Assembly: GCA_002633005.1 (NCBI GenBank)
Contig: NMRA01000288.1
Coordinates: 322,300 to 386,299 of the forward strand
Direction of reading: 5' to 3'
DNA length: 64,000 nt
Origin: Phoronis australis
Lineage: Eukaryota > Animalia > Phoronida
Part shown: piece by piece, positions 11,801-24,974 of the stretch
How positions within the stretch are numbered: position 1 is the stretch's first letter
How the letters are laid out: each line of letters opens with the position of its first letter
Program-made: the position numbers and the translations under genes
Notes under the pieces: generated by a model
The model's input: only the letters and a program-made list of their open reading frames with translations
What the model was told of the DNA's origin: nothing
Database searches by the model: none

Positions 11801-14800
11801 TATCTCCGTATTAAGAGAGTTGCATCACATTGGATGGCTACGTTTTACCCCAGCTTCTGGTTAAGATAGCCCACTAGACAGTGTGATTTAAGACTTGAAA
11901 CAAGTTATATAGGAAAAGAGTTTTTAAGGCCATCTTTCAACACCACAGTAAATTGGATCATGTATTGGCAGAGGTGGACCACTTTGCTTTGGTTCTTTAG
12001 TCAGAATTGACATAAAGTACTTAATTGCTTTGAAAAGTAATTTGAATATGAACACTAAAAAAATAAATTCTAACTCGAAATTCAGCAAAATTAGCCATGA
12101 TCTGTGGCTTGACATATAAATTTTAAAAGTTCAAGACAAATCAGTACTTACTTTAAGCTTTTCTATATAGACTGGGTTCAGCTCTGAAAGACCAAGGCGC
12201 AGTGGGATAATCAACAGCAGGGGTCGCCACCTCTCAGCACCATTTTTATCACATGACTGACCAGCTTCAAGAATATTCACACTTCTAGTTTCCTCTGGAA
12301 TCTCTAGAGGATGTGATAATGTGCAATGTTTTTGATTCACCGACTGTATTTCTGAGCCAGTTTCTGTTCGAAGCTTGACCTTGATTGATGCATCATCAGG
12401 ACAAGAGCGACACATTTGTCCTACAAAACAGATTGAAGAAATGTCAAAGGAAATGAGTCAGAAAATCAGTAACATGCAGTCAGTTAAGTTCATAGCTCAA
12501 AGGTTAAACAATAAAAGTACATATCATTACACTAACATTGGGGTAGACAAGTTCAAAACAGTAGTTAAGCTAAGCAAAGTGTCCAAAGCTGAATTTCACG
12601 CTGTTCAGTTGGATAGAAAATGAAAATCGAATAAGGCCTTTTACTTTCATCAAATTGGTCTCATAATATTCCTTGCCATGATAGAATTCTCTATCCGCTA
12701 CCAAATCAAGTCACAGATAATGCATACATAAGCCATTTTTGACTATTTGGGTTGGCCAACCCCAACTAGAAACGTTTTCTTGCGTCGCGATGGTTTCCAT
12801 GTTCTTGTTGTTTCTATGTTCTTGTTGACAACGGAAATAGAATTCTATCACGATAAGGAATATTATGGCAGCCAATCATTAAAGAGTCAATAGCTTTTAA
12901 TCGAATTTTCATTTTCAGCCAACTTAACAAATGAAGCCAAAATGCTGCTTTAAGGTTCAATTATTGTTGCATAAGAAACAAAATCAAACTTACTGATGTC
13001 TTCCAGTATAATTGTGTTGTCCATAGCAACGTGTACAGCCAAATTACTCCACTCATCATAAACAACAAGTTTCCTGAAGATAAACCATACCTCATCGGAA
13101 TACATTTAAAACAGTCATCTTTTCTGACATTTTGTACTTGGCAATGATATATTTCCAATAATCACATCATGGGTTCTTTCACAAACTAGTCTAAAATTAA
13201 TTCAAACAATAGTCTGCCAATTCGTGTACATCAAAATTTTGGCCTTACGTTTCCACATTGTCTTAGCAAGCAAGTCTGCATAGTTTTCGAGGCACAAAAC
13301 ATCAAACTTTATCTAACATTCAGTCATGGAACCTGTCCATATCTCAACAGATACACCACACTTCTTGAGGCTTTAAAAACAATATGTTTTACTTTTAAAT
13401 GAAATTACCTTACTTCCAAAAATGGCAGAATAAGATTTCAGCGAACTGCAACTTACTAAATACACATTACAAGACTTACTTGAGAACATGAGCTATTGTA
13501 TTGGGACCAAACCACTGACCGACGGACTTTCCTTCTGACACACCCATAGCAGCTGGAAATAGTGTAATTGCGAGCTAACAGCAAAAAACTCACAATACCA
13601 ATGTTGTATATATACAGTTAAACTCTCTCGTAAATCGGATCCAATTGGACCACGAGGTTTTATTCAAGGCGAACTACGACTTACTCGAACAACCACCAGG
13701 GGGAGCTTATGCGAGTTTTACTGTATACTATCAACAATCCTAACAGTCACATTGGACAAACCGAATTAACAAGTTTTCTTCCAGAATTCAACAACCCTGC
13801 CTAGCTGTCCAATCACCTAAGAGGCAGCCATTTTTGAAGAAGTATACACGGCTAAGCTTGCCAGGTTATCTGTAAAACCCTGCCAGATTTTGCCTTTCAC
13901 TGCATGATCTTGACAAATTAGCAAGAACATCTAACTTCATGTAATGCACTACTAGTCCTCTTACACCAGTTTGGAACTCAGTGTTGAAAAAGATGGCTGG
14001 CGCAACAAGCTTGTTCCAAGATTTTTTGACAAGCACATTTTCCTTATTCAATTGATCCCAAGAATGAGACTCCACAATGAAAAGGCTGTTTTCAATCTTT
14101 CTTGTTGGTTTTGGTCCTTCTGCTAATGATAATTAAATTTTTCTGATTACTCTTATAAANNNNNNNNNNNNNNNNNNNNNNNNNNNNNNNNNNNNNNNNN
14201 NNNNNNNNNNNNNNNNNNNNNNNNNNNNNNNNNNNNNNNNNNNNNNNNNNNNNNNNNNNNNNNNNNNNNNNNNNNAAAAATGGCCACTAGGTGGCGCAAA
14301 CTATGTCGAATCCATCCGAAAACGACAGGATAGCGTCATCTCACTACTAGGTGCCTACATACCAAATTTCATGAAAATCCGTTCAGGACTTTTGAAGATA
14401 CAAAGGTAAGCGTAAAAAACTAAAATTGCCACTAGGGGGCACACCGGTAGTCGGATCCGTCCGAAAGTTCGTACATGCCGTCCCTTTCATGAATGGAACA
14501 TATGTACCAAATTTCATGAACGTATGTCAAAGGGTTTTGGAGATAGAGCAGCGGACGCCGGACGCCAGACGCCGGACGCCGGACGGACGGACGGACGGAC
14601 GGACGGACACATATAAATATGTGGGCGCATAAAAATTAAGATTTACACAAAATCTTAACTTCAGCTCCACAACAGTGAAAAAGACTATGGCTATTTTGTA
14701 AACAAAAAGTTAATTTATTCTATATTCAAAGTTTTTATGAGCACCTTTAGTGAATAGCTCTTTCCATTAATAGGGTTCCATGTTTTAACACAATGCCAAC

Positions 14801-17800
14801 AGAGGGGAGCACCAGGAGACAAAACAAGACACTGTGATATGGATAAGGCAGTGTACACCTACATCAGAAAGAAGTATGTTTTCCTACTACAACGCGAATC
14901 CCAAGTCATCTATTCTCAATCAACCTCCACGTGTTTATGGTATTTAAAACTTTGAAAGAACGACAAGAAAATTTCTTACACTGACAAGAATCATTATACA
15001 GCAAATGAGAATGGCGTACTCCTTACCAATCTGGTGAATTGAGTAGACACCATTCTTTTTATCTTGGAACTGGGATAGAATTTTCCTATAAGCAGCATCT
15101 TGTTTGCCATGGTTCCATCTCCAGCCTAAATCATAAGAATTCGGCTGACACTCGCCATCAATAAATAACAAAACAATACACTATAATGATCACATTCTGC
15201 ATGATAAACATCACGTCTTAACACAGTGCTGCACATTTATAAAGCCATTTGTGACTTTAAAATATATTAAGATTAAAAATGGTTGGACGAAAAGACAAAT
15301 AAAGATGATACATATGTATTTTTGACTTGAAACAGCTGGTACATTAAAAGTGGCTTGTTGAAATTCACTTAGTGGCAGTAGCAAAGTTATTTACAATACG
15401 TCATGAGTAAGTCCGTCGGTTTGACTGATGCAACATCTAGACTACAGATAACACATTACTGAAATAAATTGTTGGAGAGTTTGCTAGAGCACTGCTGTGA
15501 GTAATACTTTCTTTTTTGAAACAAGTCACATTTTGTACACTGATTAAGACTCTTAAAATGTTGAACCTATACACTGCAAAGACTTTGCCCATCAAGTTCC
15601 ACTTAGCATTTCTATGCAGCACGTATTTTTATTGTGATTAAATAATTAACTCTTTTCATATCGTTTTATGATAACTAATGATAAATCAGGTGGCTTCGTG
15701 GAAAAATCATTCAGCGACAGATTGAGCGATAAAAAGGACATATGAAACCCTCACCCCTTCCAAGGTGATTGAGAAGTAATGCATGTGCAAGCATCATCTG
15801 GCCACATCTTAGCATGCACCCCCACCCCGTGTCTGTCTGGGGACCAGTACCACCTGAAATAAAATGGCACATTTTACAAACTGAAACACTCATCACCAAA
15901 TCTTATTTATTTTCTGTGAATAAATTTCTCATACCTCATACAAAACCAAAATGTAATTCAGAAAAGAAAGGTATTAAAAAAACATATTGCAGTTGACAAA
16001 ATTAAATCTCATTTTTGTAGTCAAAAACAGAATATTTAACTAACATAAAATATTACATAATTTTGACCCCATTTCAGTTGTCAGCAGCCACTGAGTTCAA
16101 CATAAATTAATAAGGTGTCTACCTTCATGGATTTTTTCAAAAATGCAATATTCATATATTGTACAAATTTATATCTTTATTTTCCGATGCTCACCAAACA
16201 TTTCTTATATCGCATCACTAAATAATGCACAAAATGCTTGAGAAGTCTCCTATTGATTTCAATGTGACTGATCTTTATCAGCCATTTGATTGTTGACACT
16301 TTTAGCCGTTTTAAAAATTGTTAATCTTTTGTTAGTGCAAGGGTCGATTCCCATGAAATTTATCACACAATTATTTTATAGTCCTATGACCAAAGGAACT
16401 GAATCTCAGATTTTTTACACTACAGAGATATCAGCTGTCAAAAATGAAGACTTAATTAATACGATGTGTTAAAAAGGGACACTGTTCTTTACGGTTATTA
16501 CGTTATTGACAATGAGTCCGTATTTATCCAAATTTCTACAAACCTGTTAGTAAAAGTCTCTTTATTTTCTGAAATTATAAAATCTGAAAAATTTAATTTT
16601 TAACTTTTTACCAGTCTGTTATTAATGTCCTATATGCTCACTAACAGCATATCATTAACCGGACTCTGGGAATGACTCTTGCCATACACTGTGCGGACCT
16701 CCTTCTGATCTCTTTTCCTTCTCAGTCACCGACTGTGTAATTGTGTATACTTCTCATATGTGTTGTCTTTCAAAACTGATGGTGGCTTAGGTTCTAATCG
16801 AAATTTTGTTCATTCTGTATTTACGCAAATATTATAATTTTTAAAGTGTTAATCTTCATCTTTCTATTCATTTTAATTTTCTTAGGAGTGTTATTAATTC
16901 ATTAATTCAGTGCTGTGACCTCAGCCTGGTGTAACAACATAACAACTTCACGTTCATTTTAACAACACATACGGTAGGAAAACAGTCGTGGTGATTTACT
17001 AACCTATAGGTGAAAATCCTTTTCTGTACGTAAACCAAAGTCGAGTCAATATGTCCTTCCTGAGCTCAGCAATGTCTGAAACGAAAATTTTGTAAGTATA
17101 TTATCCATATTTAGCTGAAGAACAAAACATGAGGGACAGCTCACTCAGTTAATATCCTCCCAAGAGTTCATCATAGTCGGACTCGGTCATAAATTAAAAA
17201 CACAGTAATTGTATCTTTAATAGCATTTGAATGGCGTTGGCTGCACCAAGAAAGCACTGAATGATGATAAATCATACTCGGCTGCAGGTATTTACACAGG
17301 GGTTCTTGGATTGTGTGAAGAAACAAGCAATGGGATCTGGTCAAATTAATTTCCCAGTCACTCTCTTGTTACAGTATAAAGATCGGTTTAATAAATGTAC
17401 TATATACAAAATTAGTTACTTCTTCTTTCAATCAAAGAGAATTTTATGCTTCTGCAACCATTCTAAAAAAACAAGTGTTTCGCAACATCAAAAAATGATT
17501 TTGTATTTTTTAAAAAGTGCTCTAGAACCTACCCTTTTCATTTTTTGCGAGTAATATATATTTGAAACATATTATATTAAACAAGCTAAATAAAGTAATA
17601 AAAGGTTTGGTTTCGTTTTTGTTTTTTAACTCCTTTACTACTCAGGATTTTGAAAACAGACACTGAAGTGTCAGTAATTTTGGGTAGGCTCAGGCTCAAG
17701 CTAAATAGTACCATAAGTCAGTATAACTGATGGGCGGTGATTAGGCTGCAAGTAATTAAAGAATGCATATTAATTTCTTAACAAATCTGTGACAGTTGTC

Positions 17801-17986
17801 AAAAGGCCAATTTGTTTTCGTGATAATTGTTCCTGTCTTCATTTCACAACTTATCTAACCAATCACTGTGCTGACCATAGAGGGCACTGTAGGTATGTCC
17901 AAGGATGTGCACTGGCTCGCTCGTCTTCGGAAAGTCTTCATATTGGAGGGCGCCACTTTCATAGGTTGAAGTCGCTTGGAAGGCAG
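8841..17986 (-). CDS. ATG4B: Cysteine protease ATG4 (ATG4A/B type), coding exons 2-12
   Basis: Minus-strand exons, all GT-AG and in phase: 17876-17986 (YEDFPKTSEPVHILG), 17004-17075 (RLWFTYRKGF), 15755-15853 (GGTGPQTDTGWGCMLRCGQM, catalytic Cys), 15027-15125, 13480-13552 (GQWFGPNTIAHVLK), 12994-13073, 12152-12420 (WRPLLLIIPLRLGL), 11229-11307 (GGKPNHAHWFIGY), 10175-10314 (YLDPH, catalytic Asp/His), 9188-9350 and 8841-8899 (C-terminal acidic LIR DEDFVLV*). A phase-1 first exon is needed upstream. Confidence 0.96.
12585..12952. mobile_element. Kolobok-like MITE with about 90-bp TIRs (family D), ATG4 intron
   Basis: GTTCAGTTGGATAGAAAATGAAAATCGA...ATAATATTCCTTGCCATGATAGAATTCT is inverted at AGAATTCTATCACGATAAGGAATATTATGG...TTTTCATTTTCAGCCAACTTAAC. 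The element ends in CTTTAA. Confidence 0.75.
13615..13723. mobile_element. Small Tc1/pogo (Tigger-like) MITE
   Basis: TA|CAGTTAAACTC ... GAGTTTTACTG|TA: CAGT/ACTG termini with a TA duplication. Confidence 0.6.
14160..14275. other. Assembly gap (N run) in an ATG4 intron
   Basis: Run of n. The flanking exons join in phase, so no coding exon needs to be missing. Confidence 0.98.
14276..14635. mobile_element. HINE/DINE-like (non-autonomous Helentron-type) element with (GGAC)n microsatellite
   Basis: Repeated core TACCAAATTTCATGAA, internal subrepeats, and a GGACGCC/GGAC tetranucleotide array at about 14552-14608. This layout is typical of Helentron-associated interspersed elements. Confidence 0.6.
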
Positions 17987-20900
17987 CTGCAATGAAAAGT
18001 TAAGCATCAGAATGCATGCAAGCCATGGGGATTGAAGGTGGAACAAACATGCATCTTTAATCAAAAACCAACTTTTGAATTAGACTACATGCTATCATAA
18101 AATTGTTCTCACCATGTTCCTGATTGAGATTGGAAATGATTCCCAGACTTGAGATGAACTGGTTGTTTGTCATTGCTTCAGTTCAGGCACATTACAGTGA
18201 CATCACAGGCTAAAAATGCATTTTGGAGATTTAACTGTTTGATGATACAATCTTCTCGTCCTTCATGAAGAATTTTGCACGTGGTTTTAATGCTTTTGTT
18301 ATCTATGACAGTTTTCGCTGAAACTAGATTACTTCCAAAACATTCTTTTCTAAATAAATGTTCTGGTACGTGAAACATTGATCAATGCGGTAATCTAGTG
18401 TTCCATCTTCTATCCATCATTTCGGGCAGCAGGATTCATGTTGATCAATCTGCTGTTTTCTAATGTTTCTGCAGGTTACAGTGACCTGTTACCATCTGCA
18501 TTATTGTCACCATTTGCAGTTGAGACCTGATCCGACTCAAAAGGCTGGGTGGTAAGATTGAGAGTTTCCTAGCTCATTACCTCTTTTGTTATTTTGCAGC
18601 CACTTTTGTTGGTCCACAATGTTTTCTATTGTTTCAATGACCATTCCCTAATATCTAAAACACAGGAGCCATAGGCCGGGGGACAAGTAATTTGGTTCAT
18701 GTCCTTGAAATCCAAGATTTGCATTATGCACCATTCCCCTGTACATTTAAAACCAAGAAATTTCCAACATCAGGATCTGATCAGATCAGGTTCAATTAAA
18801 CTTGACAAACAAGCCTATTGTGTTGGTACACAATGCTGTGGTTATTAGTAAGTGGGTCAGAACTTGCAAACAAAAGAATCAGCAGATGAAAGTTATGTCT
18901 AATCTCTCTGAAACTCAACCGTTTTTTCCTTATTTGAAGTTGGTTTTGGTATTTTATACAAAGCACATCATCTCCACAACATTTGTTGAATGTCATTTGG
19001 AAATGATATCTTTAAATATCAGTCATCATCAGGTGCACTGTTTACAATTATATAATTGCTGGATTACATGAGCTTATCAGATGAACACAGACAATGAGAG
19101 TGCTGGACTACGTAAACATTTGTTTGCCAACTTTCTCCCCATGATATCATTGTCAAACTGATAAAGACACAGCTGTAACCCCGAATCACAATGGTACAAT
19201 GCTTTCATAATTTTGGAACAAACGAGACACAAACGAATAAAATTTACCAGAAATAAAATCCAGTTAGCATCACTATAATTATATATCATGATTTTTCTGA
19301 CAAATGCACTCGGCATTTGAAGAAATGAAATCAGTGTCCGCTATTCGTAACTGGGCTTTGACAGTCAGAGTAAAAATTTTGGTTAAATTTACAGTTTAAA
19401 ACATATTACTCGACACTAAAGTGGTTAGACAATAAATTTGTGATTCAATAAAAGGCTTTAATTACCACTCTGAAATCGAGACTGTCCGCACACTAAGTAG
19501 GCTCCGATTTGGCTTCACTCATTGAAAACGCCGGAGCGGGAGGGTCGATTTCATATGGTCTCAAGCTTGCAAAGTCGATATGGCAAGGTCTTACTCATTA
19601 CCTGTTTCACCTATGGCCCGAGTGTCGTCTTCAACTCCATCTCCATAACTGTCTTTGTAATACTCGTCAAGCTCGCTCTCTAGGTATTCATAACTTACAA
19701 AATCACTACTACGGTATCCGCCATTGCATATATACTGTCAACTGATAAACGTCTTCCACTGATGACATCACGTGGCGGGAAACCAAAAAAATCATTAAAT
19801 TTTCTTTAAAATTCAAAATTCCTCAGTTATTTCCCAAAATAAGTGCTTGTTTAGTTAGATTTTGTGTTATGAAATTGTTATACAAAGTCTAAAGTGCAAA
19901 AATCCATTGTAGGGACCCTTTAACCATTACATGGATGTTTGACAGAATAACAGTCAATTTGTTTTGAATTCCCTTTACAAGCAGTTCCTCTCAAACTTTT
20001 AGTAATTGCACAAGCGTCATTTTTCAGTTGGTGGTATTTTTGCTGGGTATTGAATACGAATACCCACACCAACCACTATATGCTTTCATGCTGCTTATAT
20101 CAAAGTTCCTGTCATATTCCATACCACCATTTAGAATATATTTAGAATAAGGCATTCGAAATTTCTTTCAAATTTCATAAATTTTACTGACCAATCAGTT
20201 AGCATGCACAACAGTGGAAGTTCATTTCTAGCATGCTTACATATGTCAACACGACTCTTTGTTTTGCCTGATGTGACCACTGGCTAGGCAGTGCAGGGAC
20301 CTGCCTGGTCAATATGGAAGGACCCTCGGACTGACTCGGCCCTTGTAACTCACCAAGTGGTTCACTACGCATAAACACCTGTCATTGCTCCCAGTGGGGA
20401 GCTAGGAAGTTCATGTGTTATTATGAAACAAGTTTAACACTGTACCATCTAAAGATACTTCTTAAAGAGATAGATTGAACGCTAATTTGTTGTTGCTATG
20501 ACGTATGTACGTCTCGACTATAAATAAAGGTTACTTAAGAATCATAAATTTTTCTTATTTCATTAAGCAATTCGTATAAATTTCATATGAAAAACGTTCC
20601 CATTTCCCCACGGTTACTAAGTCACTATTACCGGACCATAGCATAGTCTCCAATCTGTGGCATGAGTTCAGTTTTAGTTTAACTTACAAGACTGATATGT
20701 ATTTAGCAGGTGACATAACAATTAGAATTGGTTGAAATCATCAAAACAGTCGTATCCTTCTAATTTTAACAGAAAAGAGTTCATGAAACAACTCAAAGAA
20801 AGACATATAGGATACCTCATGGCCTGGACTTGTGGGCACCCCAAAAATTAATTTGTAGTTCACTGTTATTGTTTCACCAAAGAGTTGAACTGTGTGATGT

Positions 20901-21037
20901 CCCATCATAGCTAGTCAATTCATAGGCTAAGAATATAGTGTACCTCTAGTTCTGCAAGGGAATATACCTTAAGTTCTTCAAGGGCATTCATTATACCATC
21001 ACAAGTAATGATTGTCCAAAGCACCAGAAATGTATGG

Positions 21038-21151
21038 CACTGGTCGGATATAGCGGTCCCTGATTTAGAGAACCATCACTGAATAACGGGCCCATTATTT
21101 TGTGGATGAACTTATTGTTCTCTAAACGAGGGACCGCTATATCCAACCAGT
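21038..21151. mobile_element. Palindromic MITE remnant
   Basis: CACTGGTCGGATATAGCGGTCCCTGATTTAGAGAAC ... GTTCTCTAAACGAGGGACCGCTATATCCAACCAGTG, about 36-bp inverted arms. Confidence 0.7.
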
Positions 21152-21169
21152 GCCAAATATATGTGCTAG

Positions 21170-21623
21170 TACCAGGAATTTCCATAGATAAGCCCATGGG
21201 CGTGTATTCAGAAAATGAAAATTTTGAAGCGTTTTAGCAATCACCAAATAAACGCCCAGGCGTTTACTATTCGGAAAAGGGGGCGTGTAAACGGCAAGCC
21301 ATACGTTTTGGTTGACTTGACACTCTTTTACATAAAACTGCGTTTTTAAATTTTTTGTTAATAAATCCATTGTTCGCCAATGCCTTGTTCGTTTTTTATA
21401 AATTATAAATGCTCCGCAAAACTGAATTTGTGACAAAAGTTGACGCTGACTGGGCTTTTAGGAGGAAAGTTTCCAAATAAACGTCCCACTGTCTGTACAC
21501 TTGACACCACAAGTGGTAACACCAAATAAACACCCATGGGCGTGTATTCAGCATAATTTTCCGAATAAACGCCCATGGGCGTTTCATCGGGTGGGCTTAG
21601 TTTATCTACGGAAAACCCCGGCA
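21170..21623. mobile_element. Tc1/pogo-type MITE with internal AATAAACGCCCATGGGCGT subrepeats
   Basis: Imperfect termini TACCAGGAATTTCCATAGATAA / TTATCTACGGAAAACCCCGGCA and at least four copies of the GCCCATGGGCG palindromic subrepeat. Confidence 0.65.
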
Positions 21624-21967
21624 GCGGTCTGGTGCTGAACGTTTTTCTGCAGTTTTTATCAAGGTGCATTACGAACTCATCAGTTTCTGATGGAATCTGT
21701 AGGCCTACTTGACATGAAAGAGCTTTCCCTGAAGTTGGCGAGTACTGACGTTAACTGCAAACAGGTACATTACGAGTTAGGGCTGACTCAGCTGATTTTT
21801 GAGCCAACAATGAACAAATCATTCGTCTTGACATTTGCTGCTCAACGCGTCAACGCCACAATAAGGACATAAAGACTTTCATTTTTAACAAGACATTGAC
21901 TTAAAACTGACTGTTTACGTGATAAACAGGTCTTCAGTGTAGACATATTGCATATTTTTTTAATTAC

Positions 21968-21992
21968 CTGTGTAAAAGTCTTCCATATTCAT
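21968..21992 (-). CDS. Candidate first coding exon of ATG4 (MNMEDFYT)
   Basis: ATG AAT ATG GAA GAC TTT TAC ACA G|GTAATT has a phase-1 end that matches the 17986 acceptor and gives a 422-aa protein. Too short to confirm by homology. Confidence 0.55.
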
Positions 21993-22438
21993 GTTACAAA
22001 ATGCATTTACATTCATCATCTTTTTCCGTCATCACAACATTTCTGACGCGCATGTCCATTAGATTTATAAAACCGGGAATCCCATTGGGTAAGCGGCCCA
22101 TGTCCTAGAAAAATGGTTCAATCAACTTCGCGGTTTTCAAACAATGCGGAAGTCCTACATAGGTCACAGGCAGGTCATGATTAACACGAATGTAAACCGC
22201 GAATGTTTTCGAGAAATATTCCAAAGTTTTTTGGATTGTATGCGAGTAACAAACATTTGCTGAGAAGCAAACCGTTACTTACAGCTCTCAAGAGTATGTC
22301 AGGTTGGTAAAGCTTAAAATAATTAAAAATTGACCAAATGATGAGATGATTCTTAAAACTAAATTTCAATTTCCATTCCATTCGCCCATCCTCACGCTTC
22401 ACGGCCTCAATGTCATTGTAATTGATATTGTAAAACTG

Positions 22439-24570
22439 CTTCTTCTTCTTCCTATATACAACAAACGATCGTGATGTCGATCCTTGCTTGTTGACGCGTG
22501 TTAGTATAAAACTGATGTGTACGTAACTGTGAAAAAATAACAATAAAACAAAGTGCTGTTTAGAGCCAAGATAAAACAGGTTTTATTGGTGTTCGGGATG
22601 TGACCTGTGAATATTTCTATTGTTTCTGATGAGACGACGAATTGTGGGAGTCTATTCCAGAGTAAAATGGTAGATGGAAAGAAAGAGTTTGCGTAGTATG
22701 CAGCGCGGATGCCTGATCTCTCAAAGGTATGAGAGTGGGAGTTACGTGATCTGGAGGTATGCAGGAGTGGAAGGTATGAGTGAGGAATAGCAACCAGGTT
22801 ATGTACGGTCTTGTACAGAACGGACAGTTTGTTCTGAGCTCGTCTTTCCTGCAGGGTGGGCCATTTGAGAGTTGTGAGCATGAATAAAATGGAGGAGTAC
22901 CTTGAGTGGTCATTTAAAATGAACCTGGCTGCTCTACTCTGTATTTTTTCTATTTTTTCAATGTTTGTACGAGTGGATGGATCCCAGACGGAGGAGGAGT
23001 ATTTGAGTATTGGTCAAACAAGTGAAGTGTAGGCAAGGGCTTTTGTTTTTTGAGGAGCATATTTGAGATTTCGTTTAATGAAGCCTGGAATTTTGTTTGC
23101 CTTTGAGGTGATTGTGTCTATATGAGTGTTCCACGATAAATTATTGGTGAGAGTGACCCCGAGGTATGGGGCTTCATTATTGCATTTTAGTGAAGCGTTG
23201 TGTAGACTGTAATTGTATATGATGGGGGAACGTTTTCTGTGGATACGAAGAATATTGCATAGGATATAGTAAAGTTCATTTTCCAGGAGTTTTCTCAAGA
23301 GGCTAGGGAGTCTAAGTCTTGTTGAAAAATTTGGAAATCTTGGGGGAAGTAATGGGTCTATAGAGAATTGCATCATCAGAAAAGAGCCGGACATTTGAGA
23401 GAATGGTGTCAGAAGGTTGTTTATATAGATTGTGAAGATTGCAGGGCCAAGGACAGAGTCCTGGGGCACCCTTGATTGGACTGGGGAGGATCGCCATCAA
23501 TGACGACTTTATGTGTTCTATGAGATAGAAATGACTGTATCCAATTGTGGGTGAGACCCCTTATACCATAGTATCTGATCTTCTCCAAGAGCCTTAGATG
23601 GGATACCTTATCAAAGGATTTGGAGAAGTCCAGCACCACAGCGTCGGTTGGAGTGCCTGCCTCCATAATTTGGAGGAGGTCATCTACAAATGTGACAAGT
23701 TGTGTTTCACATGATCTATGGCTACAAAAACCATGCTGCCAGGTGAAAAGTATATTATTTGTGTCGAGATGAGGCATAATGTTACTGACAACTATGTGCT
23801 CCATAAGTTTGGAACATATGCATGTGAGTGATATTGTGCAGTAGTTGGAAGATGGGTGCTACGTTTGCAGTTGGCCATTCTGTTGGAACTGTAGATGTTT
23901 GATATAATTTGGTAAAGATTTCTTGGAGGAAAGGTGCAATTTCTTCTTCTGCACTACTTTAAGAATGTGAGGAGATATTTCGTCTGGTCCAGCGGCTTTG
24001 TGAGGATTGAGGTTTTGCAACATTTTTCGAGAAACCGTCGGTAGAGAAAGTTATATCATGCATGGAGTTGTAGGGGCTTGTGCCCATGACGGGTGTATCT
24101 GTACCATCGTCTTTTGTGAAGACCGAGGAAAAGTGTGTGTTCAATATTTCTGATTTTGTTTTTGGGTCACTGTGTAAGAAGCCATCTTTATTTAAAGGAG
24201 CAATATTTGGTGATTCTTTGTTGAGACTTTTGATGAAAGAGTAAAATCTTTGGATTATTACTTTGGGAAGGTGTAATTATGTTGTTGATGTAATTCCAGT
24301 AGGCTTTGCGGGTTTCTTGTTGGACTAGTTTCCTGAGATTTAGGAAGTTTTCTGTGTCAGTTTCATTTCCAGTAAGTTTTGAACAGCGAGCGTTTGTCTC
24401 TTTTTCTGAGGAGTTTTTTAATTTTCAGATTTATTCAAAGAATTCGATTTTTTGGTCTTGTAGTTTTGTGGGGGAGGAAGCGTTCAGTAGCATCAAGGCC
24501 ATGTGCTGCAAAGACGGACCACGTGTCATTTACGGAGGAGGAATTATGATCTTGTTTCAGGAATGTGCGT
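22439..24570 (-). mobile_element. Decayed, 5'-truncated CR1-group LINE (reverse transcriptase remnant)
   Basis: Frameshifted minus-strand ORFs carry QHGF..HRSCETQL, LDFSKSFDKVSH, PQDSVLGP, LFSDD, YLGVTLTNNLSWNTHI and NSFFPSTILLWNRLP. The 3' end has a stem-loop followed by a (GAA)4 tail at 22439-22450. Confidence 0.93.
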
Positions 24571-24974
24571 GAAGGAATCCTGCTTAATCTCAAGATCGCG
24601 TATGCGTGAACTTGGAAATGAATATTCTTTAAGGCAAAAAGGTGAAATTTTTGTTCGGTGAAAATAATTTTTGTAATTATTGGCCTCGCGATCAACCATT
24701 TTATCATTTACCGTAACTTGAGTCGCTGAACCAGAGGAATATTGTGAATGGCTAAATCGATTACTATGTGGTCATACTGATCGCCCGTAGTTGAAAAGGT
24801 TGGTTAAAATTGACATTATTTTATTCAAATGTAACTTGATTTAGTGAAATGCAAATTTTTATGAACATGAACGTGATTATTTTAGTAAACTTGTCAAGTT
24901 GCCTCGCATATTCCAAGTTCACGCGACACTCACTTCCACTTAATCTTGAGATTAAGCAGGATTCCAAGTTCACG
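24568..24974. mobile_element. Fold-back/MITE element abutting the LINE 5' break
   Basis: Perfect 23-bp inverted pair GGAATCCTGCTTAATCTCAAGAT (24574) / ATCTTGAGATTAAGCAGGATTCC (24943), plus repeated CGTGAACTTGGAA subunits in both arms. Confidence 0.7.
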
